Assembly (NCBI GenBank): GCA_002633005.1
Contig: NMRA01000067.1
Span: 991,747-1,055,746 of the forward strand
Reading direction: 5' to 3'
Source: Phoronis australis
Taxonomy: Eukaryota; Animalia; Phoronida
DNA length: 64,000 nucleotides
Made by a program: the position numbers and the translations under genes. A model generated the notes under the pieces. It was not told the DNA's origin and made no database searches. It saw only the letters and a list, made by a program, of their open reading frames with translations. Of this stretch, positions 1 through 13,794 are shown piece by piece; the stretch's first letter is position 1, and every line of letters starts with the position of its first letter.

Positions 1-3000
1 GGTAAAGTTTTTTTAGTTTAGAACACAATATGACATAACAGTGAAAAATTATTTTAACAACATTTTCAATGAAAATAAATAGGAAGAAAACTTTATTTAA
101 TAATTTCTAAAGTTTATATTATAAAACTATCGTTAATAAGCAAACAATGATGTTCAAGCATTTGTAAAAATGCAGTTTGGTGGCAGATGATGCTCCAGCA
201 AGGTATGTGTGTTAGTTGCAACTTTACTAGTAATCCACCTTGTTCATTCGGACAGGGGCTCTCGATGCGTTCATGGAGAGCTTCTTTGACTCTTACAAAG
301 TGTCTTCAAAAATTTCTTTGTCGTTATAGGTAGTAATTGGTTTCTACCATGAGCAGGAAGGGTGAGAGTTCTCCTGCAATTCTTGTTAAGCAGAGCAATC
401 TGTGAAAGCTTGATGAATTGTGCCGGAATTAATAGCCTTGAGTTTGTCTTCACTTGTCTTTGTCTAAAAAAGTATTTTTGGGATTGAAGTCATTTTTGTC
501 ATGTGGACTGTATAGTTTGAGATGCGTTTTGTGTGAGTGTGTAAACTGGTTTATAATCTCTAGTTTAGTCCACAAGAAAGAGTTGTGTCCCTTTAAAAGA
601 TTTTAATTAGAGATCAGTGCTGTTTGGTGAATAATAGAAACCATTGGTAATAGCAAACACTTTCATAAACAGCGTATAATAAAGTATAATACCGTAATAT
701 CTGTACACTAAACGTACCGAGACGCCAATTGAGGTACGCCAATCGAGGTACGTTATGTATTTGTCCCATATGCTTCGAATTGCTAAGTTTCTTTCATTTT
801 TTCTTCATAGTTTTCAAATACTTCACTCAGACTGTTCATGTGGCAAATCACATCCTCTATGTATGTACTTGTCCGTTGGGTTGCAAGTTTTCTCTAGTAA
901 AAGAAACAGTTTTAAATGTAACAATTTATTACTTGAAAAGAGATAACAAAGATAAAAACAACGGTAACTGTGCATTGAACATGTAACATCTCCTGGAAAT
1001 AGTTAAATAACAACAATGTTTGATATTGTAGTTACCAAGGAATCTGCGCCTGAGTTGCAGACGATATAATATTTAGCAAATTAAAACTGAAACAGAATTG
1101 TCATATAATTAACAATGTTGTACCAGATGTTACGTTTAGGGCCTGATTAAGTGTTATTTACACTACTGCAACCGTATTACTTTAAACTATTTTCCGAAAG
1201 TGTGGTGATCGAACTGGCTAACGACGTCGAGTCGACATTCACCTACCTTTTGAACTTTCCATGTCAGAGGTCACTGTTGAAGTAGCGCGGGAGGTGAATA
1301 CAGAAAACATTATTACATGGCCGTATTGTACTCAACAGATTCAACGCATACGGGATAAATAAATGTATTCTGGTCATGTTTTCAGGTGTGTAGGTTTTAA
1401 AATTTTTATGTCTAGGACTTTAATTGCATTGTTGCGATTTTACGTATTCTTAAGTTAACGGTACTGGGGAATGTCACCGATTGTAAGGTATTTTAGATCA
1501 TTTTGGCATATTTTACTGTACTCTGAAATGTACTTTGAATCATTTAGTGAATTTTTGTAAAAACTGTAAGTCAAGTGGTTTGAGCAAGTCAAACAATACA
1601 AACACTGTACGTCTGATCACCAGAATTGCAGTTGTAGTTTTATTACCTATTTCTGGCATCCTTGCTCAAGTCAAAGACCAATTGCTATGTAACAGGACTG
1701 GATATGAAAATATGTCAGTCGGCCATTGCACACAGTGAGACCGGAGAAGTGAGGGAACACACCTTACTTGATGTTTTCAGAGCAGTGACACCACTTGGGG
1801 TTTGAAGAACTATCGATTCATATTTTATAGAAGGTTCGAAATACCTCTTATAGCCAAGTAAAACATCGGAAATCAAGGAATAAGGTTTTCAAAAGGTAAT
1901 TTAAAGGGGAATACAATCTTTTAGTTTCCTTGTAAAGACTACTTGGTACTTAGCTGTGAGTCTGTGAATCCATGTGGAAGAATCTCTTTTAACCACTGCT
2001 GGTTATAATAACATTGTTTTGATATGTCAAATAGACTACTGATAGGTCAGCAAACTTATTCCCTTCTATTGTGTGTAATTACAAGTTAAGGACACTATAT
2101 GGCCGACTAGTGAAATTTATGTTTCCAAACACCAAATAAACGCTGTACGGAGGTCTATGTCAAAACCTGCCATCAGACAACATTTCTGAGAAATTGCGAG
2201 CATTCAAAGCAGTGTTAGAAGTTTGGCAATTATTTTTGTCCAAAGTTTGTGAGCTCACCGTAACCAAAGTTTGCTTTGAAGATTGACATGCAAAGTGGCT
2301 GTTGTTCCACCCACAGCCTCTTGAAGGAGACAATGTTTTATCAGATGTCTTGTCAACCAATTTACCCATGTTTAATTAAATTGTTTTCTAATCAATCCCC
2401 TTGTTGTTAGTCTGCACCGTTCCATATCTCAGTAACACAACTATGTCAACAACTCAACTCGGTGAGAAGGGAACTGGACTGGGGTTGAACTAGTTGCAAT
2501 GATTTTTAACTAGGTTTTCTAACATTCTACACGTCGCAGTTGGATGCTCCCAGGTAGGAGGTAGACCTTGTGTATTATGCTTCACTTTGTAGGACTTGGG
2601 CTTAGTTTCAACATAATGAAAATTGATATTTTTAATTAGCTCATAATGCATGTAAAGATTGAATGTCTATAAATATGATTAAATTTTGCATCAAACCATA
2701 AACCTATCGATTCTTCGTAGCTTGTTAATGTAGCATCTCAGGGGCTTTTGTATTAACATATGGAAAGATCTGAAGTGTTTTATTAATATAGTAATTATGT
2801 AATCCATAAAAATTTTGCCAAAAATGTCATTTTTTCAAGTTCCAAAAGGCTGATTGCCTTGCCAGAAATGATAAAAACTACCAAATATTTTTTGACATCA
2901 ATCCGGTACAAACCAAGTTAATAATGAGCTAAAACTTGCATAATATTTGTTTTTGTGGATGGATAAAATTGACAATATAAATTCATTTGTCTGTAATGTT

Positions 3001-6000
3001 GTGTGCTAAATAAGTGTCGAATTTACCATAAGTTGTTTATCTGGTTCACCAATGCCAGCATTGTAGCAAGACTTTCGAGCAGTCCGCAGAAGGGTTATTT
3101 TTGCCAGCAGTTAAGTTTGTTTCCACACCATGGTAATCGAATCTGAATCGCTTTAAATGAAAATTGATGTCAAAACACTTTCACTCTTTGCCATAAATTG
3201 ATAAGGGTGACATTTGACAAAGATCTCTTACCCCTGCGCTTGCTTCCGGGTTCTTCGAAGTATACAGTCTGGCTGCAAATGCTGGTGGAAAAGTCAGTAG
3301 TTTTGGTGTAACTCATACTATCAGTGAAGTGACCGTTCACCTTAATGGGGCTTTTGCTATAAACAAAAGTGGAAGTAAAAATGTGGGCTTTAGCCAATTT
3401 ATGAAGGAGTACTTAGGTTTCCATCCTAAATTGTATGTCAGTGGTTTTAGATATGGGCCTATATGGTATACACAGTATATTATGGTATTATTGATAATGG
3501 TTTCAGTACATATGTTGTAAAACAGCAATTTGGCTGCACAGCTCTAGAAGTGTAAATTGCATGGTATTCTCACTAGTTGAGGAGCTAAGCTTCTGCACTA
3601 CTTGTACATACGGTAAAAAATCTTCAGTTTTAGGTCACAATATGACTAACAGGTGAAATTTCATTTTGTCAAATTTGTCAACAAAAAGGATTTTTTAGGA
3701 AAATTTACTTTGCTTTTAACATTACCAAACAACATTTGGTAAAATTTTCAGCACTGGCAACAATGCATTAAGTCTCTGAAAATTAGAAATTTGACAGTTT
3801 TGGCATTTTTTATCCTTTATCCGAAATTGGAGAATTTTTACCTTAAGACCTTTACGTATTCTGTCTGGGGAAATTTGTTTTTATTTGTTTGTTTGTTTAT
3901 ACCTGAAGTGTAATAATTTGCTAGGTATGTGTACTGAAACATCAGAAGCACATCAGAATCTTGATTTTGAAACTGGGCTACCAAGTTTTGTTCAAAATCA
4001 ATATTTTATTTTCACCAAGATGGTCTATTGTGCAGTTTGACAAACGGGCTTTGTATGGTGGTGTGAGGATTTGGTCTAAGCTCCCAGATCCTGCAGTGAG
4101 CTACCATTCAAGCCTGAGGAGCAGCCTATGGCCTATGGAAAGGATTTTCAGAGATGTAGTTACTATGGCAAATATGTGCTTTTCAAGTCAATTTCATTTT
4201 GTCACGAATATGTAAATAAATAATCAAAGTTTTAGACAATGTAAAAATTCAATTACTGTCAAAAATCCATAATTCAATGTATGCACCCTCTTTAAAGAAG
4301 GATTACATATTTTTTTCATAAATTCAAATGCTCACTGTATTGTTCAAACATTCATCGCGAGTTCATTGATGACAGCCGTACTAAAGTTTTTGAGTAATCA
4401 AGTAAATTTGTCTTCTTGTGTAATCCTGATAAAAATTTTGATAAAATAAAATGTCCTGATTTGAAGAGACTTTACAGCACTAGAAACAAAATTTTTAAAA
4501 TATTTATACATAAATGGAATGGTAATTCTGTGCAGGCACAATGAACTGGAATAAAAGTTGAATTTTCATGCTATAGTGACCTGTGTATTGTTACTAGACA
4601 ATGCTTCGTCGCTTTTGAAATAAGCCTGACATAAATAGTTCTGACGCTATTGTGCTGAACACCCTGTGCTTAAAAAAACGTGTTTAAAGTAAATAGATCT
4701 CGTGATATCTTGTTTCAAATGGTTGTGCCTGGGAATTCATACCTGGGTAACTCACGATGATATAGTCCAGACAGGTATGTCGTGATCTTAGTGTATAAAT
4801 AAGAGCGCATGTCGCCAGGAGGATTGTGTTTTCAACAGAACTCCTTGAGACAGATGTTTTGATGGTTTGATATAATTGGGAAGACTGCATTCAGATCAGG
4901 TCAAATGAAACGATAAATGGGATGTGTGTGTGTGTGTTATGTTGATGCATTTTTGTTTTATTGTTGTGTTTTGGGTCAATGCCTATATCACATTTGGGAC
5001 ATTTTTGTCCAGTTAATTTGTCATTTTAGGTTTTGAACATAATAGTTAATTTTATCGTTGGCATCTAAAACAGCGGACTCTGATATGGTTAGAAAGAATC
5101 TGTCATTTAATGTTTATTTATTGTTCTCATTATTAATTTGTTATATTAACATTATATGTACGGACTGCATGACTTCTAAAGCAACTCTTGAAACATATGT
5201 TCTCTTTCTTTTGTACATTTATTGAGTAAATTTAGAACTCTATATGTCATGCATGTTTACATGATATGGTGAAGTCCTATTAATTTAGGACACAATGTGG
5301 CGATTGAATGAAATTGTTATTTCTTTCTCATCAAAATTAATTAGCTCCAACAATTAAAAACTTCACCAGTTTTATGTTTACAGATATTGTGGTAATCGGT
5401 GACATTATTAGAAGCTTTTGAAAAATAAAAAAAGTTGTATTTTCGTTTTTTTTTTTGTTCGAAATTGGTAAGGTGTATATAGAGTAACAAAGTACGGTAC
5501 TACCTTTAATGTGCAATTTGAATAGTTGCCAACATTTGAAAACGAAAAAGTGGGATACCTGGATCTGGGCCATACCACAAAGGGCATATGTTGGGTGGTG
5601 TGGTGTGGTCTGGTCAAAAGTAAGGACAGTGACCGTGTAATTGAATTGGATTACTGCAGCTAGATAGTGGTACTCCCTTTGTTTCAGTCGCCCCATTCAT
5701 TCCACTGAGAGGTATTTCATGCATTGTTGAAACCTTTCATCCCTGGTGACAGCTGTGTATCTTGTAGGTGAGTTAAATGAGGCATTCCATTGATTTTTAT
5801 TCTCTGTGCTTCCAGGTGAACAGCTGTGCCAATGATCGTCAGTGAGTATGTAGTTCTTCCGGGAAACGAGTCATTGTAGGTGATCCAAGCAAGCGGTTAT
5901 GGAGACTACCTTCAACTGTGTGTTGTCAAAATGACGTGGTATTCGTAAAATGGAATACTGGCTAGAAAGATTGAATGGTGCGTAGTTTGGTGATTGTTTG

Positions 6001-8221
6001 TTCTATTTTGTGCACTGCATGGTACTATTTGTTTCTATACTGAGTAGAATCATGGTTTCTACAAAAGTCTAACTACACAAATTATTTTTGTTTTAGTGGC
6101 CAACTTTTATGAGTGCTAACATGTGAGGATCCAATTAATTCCTCAACTGAGGAAAGCTTTTCTCATAAGAGTTAATGTCTTAATGCTTCAGTATTGTGAT
6201 TACTAGATATTCTATTTTTATACGTCAGTGCGCCTCTGTATACATACTTTGTATGTACCATGGGATGGTAGCCTTTTACGTACAAAGAATAAAGTTATAA
6301 ACTTAAAATAGTGAAAGCCATTTAGTAACTTAATTCAGCTATAAACCCACCTTCGCTTAAAAAGTTAACTTTTGATTTTGTCACTTATTGTTAAAAATCT
6401 CAACTTATCTTGCGATTTAGTCAGACTAGACAATGATTCTTGAAGTAAAGGGGATCTGAGTATTTGTTTATTGCTTGCGGTGAGGCACAGTGAGTTGGCT
6501 TGTCCTGGTGGATGTCATTTGGACAGTAGCGTGCAGAAGGGGAGCCGACGGGCCTACAGCCTGGGCATCCACGCCGGGGGTCATCCAATTACTATGAATA
6601 AATTTTCTGATATTGTGACTGATTTGTAGTTTATTTGAATGAAGCTTCTATTTTATGTTTCACCTTTTTTACTTATCTAGCACTGGAGTTTATTCATTTG
6701 AGTAGAGGGAGGGGCATCCAGTAAAAATTGCCCTGGGCATGACCAAACCTCTGCACGCATGCTATCTAGCAAGAAATGCCAGTTGTTCTCCATCCCACAA
6801 ATCATTCCCCTTCTGAGTAAGGAACACGTTGATATCAATTTTATGATGGTTGCTTTGACAGCTGAAAGCGGGCTTGTTCCCACTTTAATTGCTAATCAGA
6901 TTATTGAAAGTGACAAATTTTGATAATACATGCCAACAGTTATTATGAGGGAAAGGTGTGGCACCATGTGCCAGTTTACAGGTCTTCTAATCTGTGACAT
7001 TATGGTTGAACCAGCTGATTCAGTGTGTGTTCAGTTGCAGGACGCCTGTAGTTTGTACTTGGGCTACAACCACTTGTTGCTTGAGAGTGTCACTGTAACT
7101 ACAACCAGCAGTGTTGTGTAGTTTTTAGTAATCAACGAGACATGTAAAATTCAATAGTTGATAGGCTAGTTAGTGGTATTAGTGCCATAAACCTCCATGT
7201 GAAGGACCAGTACTGATCACAATGCTGCAGGTGCTTTGTGGGTAAATCTGCGGGAAGGAAAAGCACTGTTAACATATGGGTTTGGTCGATAGCAAATGAG
7301 CATTCAGGTGGAGTGAAAATATCAGTTTACCTCTGTTATAATGAAGTTTGCCTAGCCAGGTTTAGTTAGTATTTTACTGTTGTGTAGACTTTTTTGTGTA
7401 TTTTCACAACATTGTTTACCTATGAGGCCCTATGAGGTCAGAGATTTTTTAAATCGCTGTCTGAGATATCACCATACATATGTTGTTCCGCGAGTCTCGC
7501 TACCGGTGAATTTTGTTCTAGCCAGTGTGTGAACTGGGTATCAGTCACTGTTCACTCACTGTTGCCTGTAAGTCTATTGTCGTACTGAAGGGGGCACCAG
7601 TCACATGGCCAGTGTCCCCATATTCGAATCACTGGAATTAATGTTAGGTTAGGATATGTGAGTTCTGACTCAGCAGTCACATAAAGTGTGACAGGTGTTT
7701 TTAAAATTGTTGGTCATAAATTAGCATGGCATTGGTACTGCAGTCATTTCACAAAGTGCTTTTTCATTTCGTCCCTATGTTTCAGTCCTTGGTGGAATTT
7801 AGTCAGTGAATATTCGGTGTTTCTATTTCAGTGACGAAATTCTTTCTAAAGCTGCAAAGTTAGTATGAAGAGACGCAGTTTGACAAGAACAGTTCTTGGA
7901 CAGTTAGTCTCCGGATCTAGTGTGTAACCATGACGTGGATAGTGGCGGCCCTATACTTACTGTCACAGATCTGAATTCGTTGATGATTGTGGAAATATAT
8001 TTTTAAGCGAGAGATTTATGTTACTTTTAACTAGCCCTTTATGCAAATTACATTCCAACTATTTTTACAATTTGTTTGAACTGATACGCATTTCGTTATT
8101 ATTATGTTTATTATTATTTACATTTGACATTCCCGGTTTTTAACATTATAAACTGTACACACCCTTGGATCAAATCCATCCAAAGTATACTTTTATTTAT
8201 GAGCATTTACTCCAATAACCT

Positions 8222-8235
8222 GTGACCATGGCAAC
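8222..8235. promoter_or_regulatory. RFX X-box-like motif GTGACCATGGCAAC overlapping the first ATG
   Basis: Matches the GTNRCCATRGYAAC consensus; motif match only. Confidence 0.4.
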
Positions 8236-8474
8236 CTGTTTGATGTCTGACCTTGATCTCACTGAGGACGAAATACACAAGATCATGGCAGAAAAAGCAA
8301 AGGAGTTATTTCAATTGTGTGATACTGAAAACAAGGGTTATCTGACCCGTCAAGACCTGGGTAAACTGAATGAGGAGTTGGATCTATCTGTTGAACAGCT
8401 AGAAGCCGTGTACGATAGTCTGGACAGGGACAAGAATGGATGTCTGACGTTTGATGAGTTTATAGAAGGATTTG
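8228..8474 (+). CDS. CRACR2A: CRACR2A-like exon 1: EF-hand pair (alternative start ATG 8243)
   Basis: Loops DTENKGYLTRQD and DRDKNGCLTFDE in helix context (AKELFQLCD..., EFIEGF); donor G|GTGAGT, phase 1. Confidence 0.92.
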
Positions 8475-9166
8475 GTGAGTCAACATATGTTAGAACTGTG
8501 AGTAAACATGTGTCCATCTGTGGTCACTGAAGTGTTAACGGTGTGCCACTACCTTTAGCAGCGTTCAATAGCTCAAGTGGTAAAACTATAAATTAGAATA
8601 CAATATGCCCAAAAAGTGGAATATTATTTTGTCAAAGTTCTTTATCAACAGAAATGTAAAAGTGCATAAGCTGAAGAATTTTCTCATCATTGCAGGTATT
8701 TGTGTTGAAGATGTTTGATGAGGAAGTTATTTATTTTGTTTGAATCTGAATAACCATTTCTTTAGTGTGTGGTTTAGGGAATGTCTTTCAATATTATATA
8801 CAATAACCCTAATTTTGTGTGTTGCTCGACCAATGTCTGTTTATATGCAAAATAACCTTAATTTTAGTGTATTGTTTGACAGATGTCTGTAACAACAAAC
8901 TCAACAAATTATAAAAGTAAGCATTTTGTGTTCATGATGTAATGCCGATTTCTCAATTGAGATCATATCTTACACAATGCTGGATGCACTTTCAATTGAC
9001 CTAATGAAGTCTCTATAAAACCTACATTTCGGAGTCTCGCTCAACAGTGGTGATGGTGATGACAAGTTTAAAATAATTAAAATTACTCTATTCCTTTGCA
9101 CAGATTAAAAATAATAAAATAAAAACTCTAGCTAGTACAATATTAATTATAGGGGACGACCTTCGA

Positions 9167-9299
9167 GAAGGTGTCACTTTATTAAATGCAGGAGACAATG
9201 TGAAATTGGTTCTTCAAGAAGGTGTCACTTTATTAAATGCAGGAGACAATGTGAAATTGGTTCTTCAAGAAGGTGTCACTTTATTAAATGCAGGAGACA
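9167..9299. repeat. Tandem repeat, 51-bp unit, about 2.6 copies
   Basis: gaaggtgtcactttattaaatgcaggagaca starts at 9167, 9218 and 9269. Confidence 0.95.
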
Positions 9300-10567
9300 G
9301 CTGCAAACTTGTGCATTGGAATACTTACTCAATAAACAGACTGAGGAGAATAGGAAGTTGGTACTAAACATATGTTGAATATAGAAATAGGGTTAATATG
9401 CTAGGAAAGGTATCGGTAAATTCTGTTGTACTTCAATTTTGGATGAAAATTAGGCGAAAAGAACACCAGAATCCTGGACGTAATTTTGCTCCTGAACCAA
9501 AACTGCCAACGCACAGCCGAACACATGGCACCTGAAACACAGTGGTAATTGATCTAACAAAATTATGCAAAATGGATGAAGTCCACGTGACCCTAGTGTT
9601 TACTTACAACCTGGTGAGTGTTAAACAACCATGGGGGTCAACCACCGCCACAGAAACAAAACTAACGAAACACAGTGAACAGGAAAATCAATGTTAACTG
9701 GGAAGCACTTGTTGTGGTTTAATAAATGCATCATCTTGAATTTAACAGCTGGTGTTATCATCACCGATTATCTTGTTTGGAACTGAATATAAAATGGGTT
9801 ATTAATTAGCATTATTATCTGTAAATGGACATAATAACTGTATCATAAGTAGTTGCAGGTATATGTTGCACAGATTTTAGGTCTTTGTAATCAAAATATT
9901 TTGTATGCTGGTGGAAATTTTTATTGAATATTTGTTTTCATCTTATGCATTAGGTCAATGCGTTTACTCTTAGTATAGTTAAATGTTATTTTTCTGATGG
10001 TGATGATGGGTATGGGACAGAGGTCTCAAAAACATCATAATGACCTTGGTGAAAGTCAATAGTTGTTCTAAATGAAGCAACTAGGCAGAGTGAGATGTCA
10101 GTAGGCACATTAAGATGGTTCATGCTGGTAGGTTTGTAAGCCCGCGTGTTTCAAACGTTGATTGCATCATTTCCATTTTATAATTGAGACGGTGTTCAAT
10201 TTTGATCAATAAAATCCTGTGTCTAAGGTCGCTACAGGATTGGAAAATGTACAATCTTCAACAAGTCAGTGTGTGGGAACTACCACCTGACCAGAAAACA
10301 GAAAAAATTCATGAATTCAAAATGTTCGTGTAGTTTATCTATCCAAACACTTTAGCTGGGGATGAAACTCATTTTACTAGTTATTATCTAGAGTACTTCA
10401 GAAGGAGATTTTATCAATTTTCCGTGCCCAAGAGATACACATTTAACCTCTACATTATACTTTGCACATGTGTCATTGAAAATTTGCACCACTGCAGCAA
10501 TGTCGTTCTCGAATCTGAACACAGCTAGGCATCAAATAACTAATTCTGATTACAAACTGTGTCGTGC

Positions 10568-10646
10568 TGGTGCAGGAATATGGTGCAGGAATATGGTGCA
10601 GGAATATGGTGCAAGAATATGGTGCAGGAATATGGTGCAGGAATAT
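10568..10646. repeat. Minisatellite, 13-bp unit (tggtgcaggaata), about 6 copies
   Basis: Read directly. Confidence 0.95.
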
Positions 10647-12003
10647 AAGGCTGGGGATTACCAGAATTAATTTTGCCAATTCAGTCCCTTTTGTTTACTT
10701 TTGTCTGCGAATATTTGTTCAGTCACCTTGTATTTCTACTTGATATTTGCTCAGTTTATCATGCTTGTGATGTTTTTCACCTGAACTTGCATAGTTTCCA
10801 CCGTTTTAGCTGAAATCCGAATATAAACAATGCCTTCGCTGTTACAAAAAAAAAACCTAAAAAGTGTGTGTTAAAGTTGACAAGTAACTGTTTCAACTTT
10901 CACACTCAGTGTGCCTCCTGTTGGTGGGATGTCACAAACAGAACACTGAACATAGAGAAAGTGATTATTGAGTCTTGCTATGTTCATTCAAGGAATACCG
11001 GGTTTTAGTGATATATTTTAATTCAATCTAAAGCAATTGTTCATGGATTAATACCTCAATAATAACTGTTTACCCAAGGGTTGCTCGTTTGCATGATATG
11101 TCCTTTTAGGATATCAAGGAAGGCAAAAGCTTACCACTTATTGACAAGTTGAACACTGTGGTCATAAGTTATTGTACAGAACATGAGTTTGATGGAATGA
11201 ATGAACTAAGTCTAAGTTATGATGAAGAATAAACAGCGTTCAATAAGTATGCTTGTAACAGTTATTAGTCATTCTGTAAAAAGTAGTTAAAGCCTGTTCA
11301 CTTGAAGCAGGACATTAGCAAAGTCCTAAAATATTGGCTAAAATTAGCCATCTTGACAAACTTTTTCACTTCGTTACATCAGGATTGGGTCACCAATCCA
11401 ATGAGTTTGCGACAGTCGGGTGATTATGACGAGCCCTGGCCAAGTGCTGACACAAAAATTACCAGTCACGTCTACTTGTCCAATGAAAAAACTCATCATG
11501 TTAGTCATCGGAATAGATTTGGTTGGCAGGATTGTCTAAGCATCGTTCTGTGACCATTTCTTGTTAATAAAATTATTTTCCCCTTGGGCCTGTCTTTAGT
11601 CTATTAAACGTAGAAATATCAGATCCTATTTTGTGCAAGAAATTTGTAATAAAAAACATTAATGTGGACTACAGGAAATACATGTGTAAAGAGGTAGTTG
11701 TGTTAGTGTAATTCAGTAATTGGGACTCATCCATTCTACCTCTAAAAAGTTCTTGTTTAAGATGAGAATTGTGTCTTGGGTGAGGAAACAATAATTGCTC
11801 TCCTCCAGGTGTTGCAGTTATCATTTGTGCACGAAAGTACTGAACATTTTTCAAAAATATTGAAAATTATGTTTATTTTTTAAAAGAAAGTCAACATAGT
11901 TATCTGTTAACACACGCTACAAGTTATATGAACATTATCCTGTTTTACATTCATATATTGACTCACAGGGCGTTTATATAAATGCAGCTGTTACATCTCC
12001 TAG

Positions 12004-12139
12004 GTAATTACTTAGGAGTTCAGTACCGCAGTCTGAGAAGGTCATCTGTGTACGAGGATGGGTTGTCAAGTTCTCCACTAGGGGGAGATCAGTTTCACGC
12101 TATGATGGACCAGTTCGGAGCCTATGGGGTGTTTGAAGA
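12004..12139 (+). CDS. CRACR2A: CRACR2A-like exon 2
   Basis: Acceptor ctcctag; GNYLGVQYRSLRRSSVYEDG...FHAMMDQFGAYGVFE; donor gtaagt; phase 1 to 2. Confidence 0.82.
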
Positions 12140-13214
12140 GTAAGTTGATTTCAGGCCTCTTGAACATTTTTCTTCACATTATTTGGTAAGTGACAACTCG
12201 GCGCATTTACAAAATCATCTAATTTAAGTCAAAAAAGGTAACTTTAATTTGGGAAACCATTCAAAATTTAGTTTTGCAGTTCCTACCTATCTACCATTGC
12301 CTACCAGGTCACACGACCATGTCTTTTTGGTAAAATTCAGCAAAACGGTAACTAAGTACTTTCTCATGAAAACAATGTCATCGATAATATGATGGCAATT
12401 TCTTTTGACAGAAATATTCAAGTTGAAGTCTTGTGTTTTGTGCAACTTAATCTTTTCATAAAAACATTGAAAAGCTTAGTAACTTTTTAGAAACAATTTC
12501 GAATTCCTGCAAGTATTTTGGAGACTGGATAAATCACTGGCATTTTTTTCAATATATATAAGAATGTAGCCTGCTCTGAGTCAGTGAATGCTTTCATGCA
12601 GAGCTCTCATCCGCACTGTTACAAGTTGTAGAATGATTAACAAATACGTTATGAAACAATATTTACCATGAAGACCGAAAGAAAACCAAGAAACCTGACG
12701 AGACAAGGAGTGTTTTAGTGACGCGTGTGTGTAGTTATACTCACGCTGTACAGAATATTGATGAATTACTAGACAAGAAGAATTTTCTCACGTTCTTTGG
12801 ATCCAATCTGCCATTTGTGAGATGTGGTGCTCTGAAGAAAGTCAAATTATTTAAACACTTTTTAAGCGCTACCTAATCTTTAGTGCTTGCAACACTCAAC
12901 CTGTGTTAAGTTTCTAGTAGATATATTTCATATTTGTATTATCCTTGACAGAACTCACATAGCTACAGTGGAGTTCTGAATGAACAGATGTTGCTGAAAT
13001 TTCTCTACCAGGCAACTGTGCAGAACTGTGGCAATAAACCCGTGTGTTATATCGAAAAAACAAGTTTCGATTTAGGCCACTTGGTCGTATCCTGTTCTTT
13101 ACTCAGTTCAGTAATATTCTATGGACTTGTTAGTATCTTGACCGATCTTGGTTTCTGGCTGTTGCAAACTCAGTTCTTTGGAAGCCCTGAAATCACCTCT
13201 AATTTCATTCAAAG

Positions 13215-13477
13215 GGGCTTGGCTAGTCACTGATCCACATGGTGTAGTAAAACAATTATCTTCTCAGCCAGGACTATAAACCTTTTATTAGGCTGAGTTT
13301 AGGTTCACAGGCCAACTGGCATAGTTGTTTGCTAAGAGCATGTTTTCACAAAAAACTGCTCTTACTTGTCTTGCATGCCAGTTTAAAAAAGCCTATTGTG
13401 TATGAAGGACACCCATGATGTACAACTGTCGCCAAAATTCTAGGCCACTATGTAAACTAGTTACCCCTTCCAAGCCC
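13215..13477. mobile_element. Intronic MITE-like repeat family, copy 1 of 3
   Basis: Shared core ctgatccaca...aattatcttctcagcca...gttacccc..ccaagccc; ends gggcttgg / ccaagccc are inverted. Confidence 0.7.
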
Positions 13478-13647
13478 AGAATGTTGACTAATAAACAATT
13501 TCAGACCAATTTCATAATCTGGCAAGTTGCCTAAATCGAAACTTTTTGATGAAAAGTACGGGTTCAATGCTGCTTTAAACTGGCCTTGTTATTATTTGAA
13601 ATGGTTCGATCAGATCAAGCAACATTTTGTTCATTTTGAAATTTCAG

Positions 13648-13794
13648 CCAAGAGGCAATCCGTTCACTATGGGAACGGTTGAAAGCTGAGGAGCCCCACC
13701 TAGTGTCATCTTTTGAAAGATGCCTCGGGAAGATATCATCAGAGATGAAGAAAACACACAATGAATACCAGACTGTGGAGGCTGCTCTGAAGAA
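13648..13794 (+). CDS. CRACR2A: CRACR2A-like exon 3
   Basis: Acceptor tttcag; QEAIRSLWERLKAEEPHLVSSFERCLGKISSEMKK...VEAALK; donor gtgagc; phase 2 to 2. Confidence 0.88.

Noticed and set aside
1-8200. Short ORFs and splice-like sites upstream of the Rab gene (for example 176-202, 5816-5841)
   Set aside because: No recognisable protein or phase-consistent chain; they could be 5' UTR exons but cannot be supported.
9167-9299. Repeated units considered as a CRISPR-like array (also 41411-41470 and 54832-54907)
   Set aside because: Head-to-tail tandem repeats with no unique spacers and no cas genes, in animal DNA.
10470-10679. Overlapping ORFs with repeated peptides
   Set aside because: Artefact of the 13-bp minisatellite.
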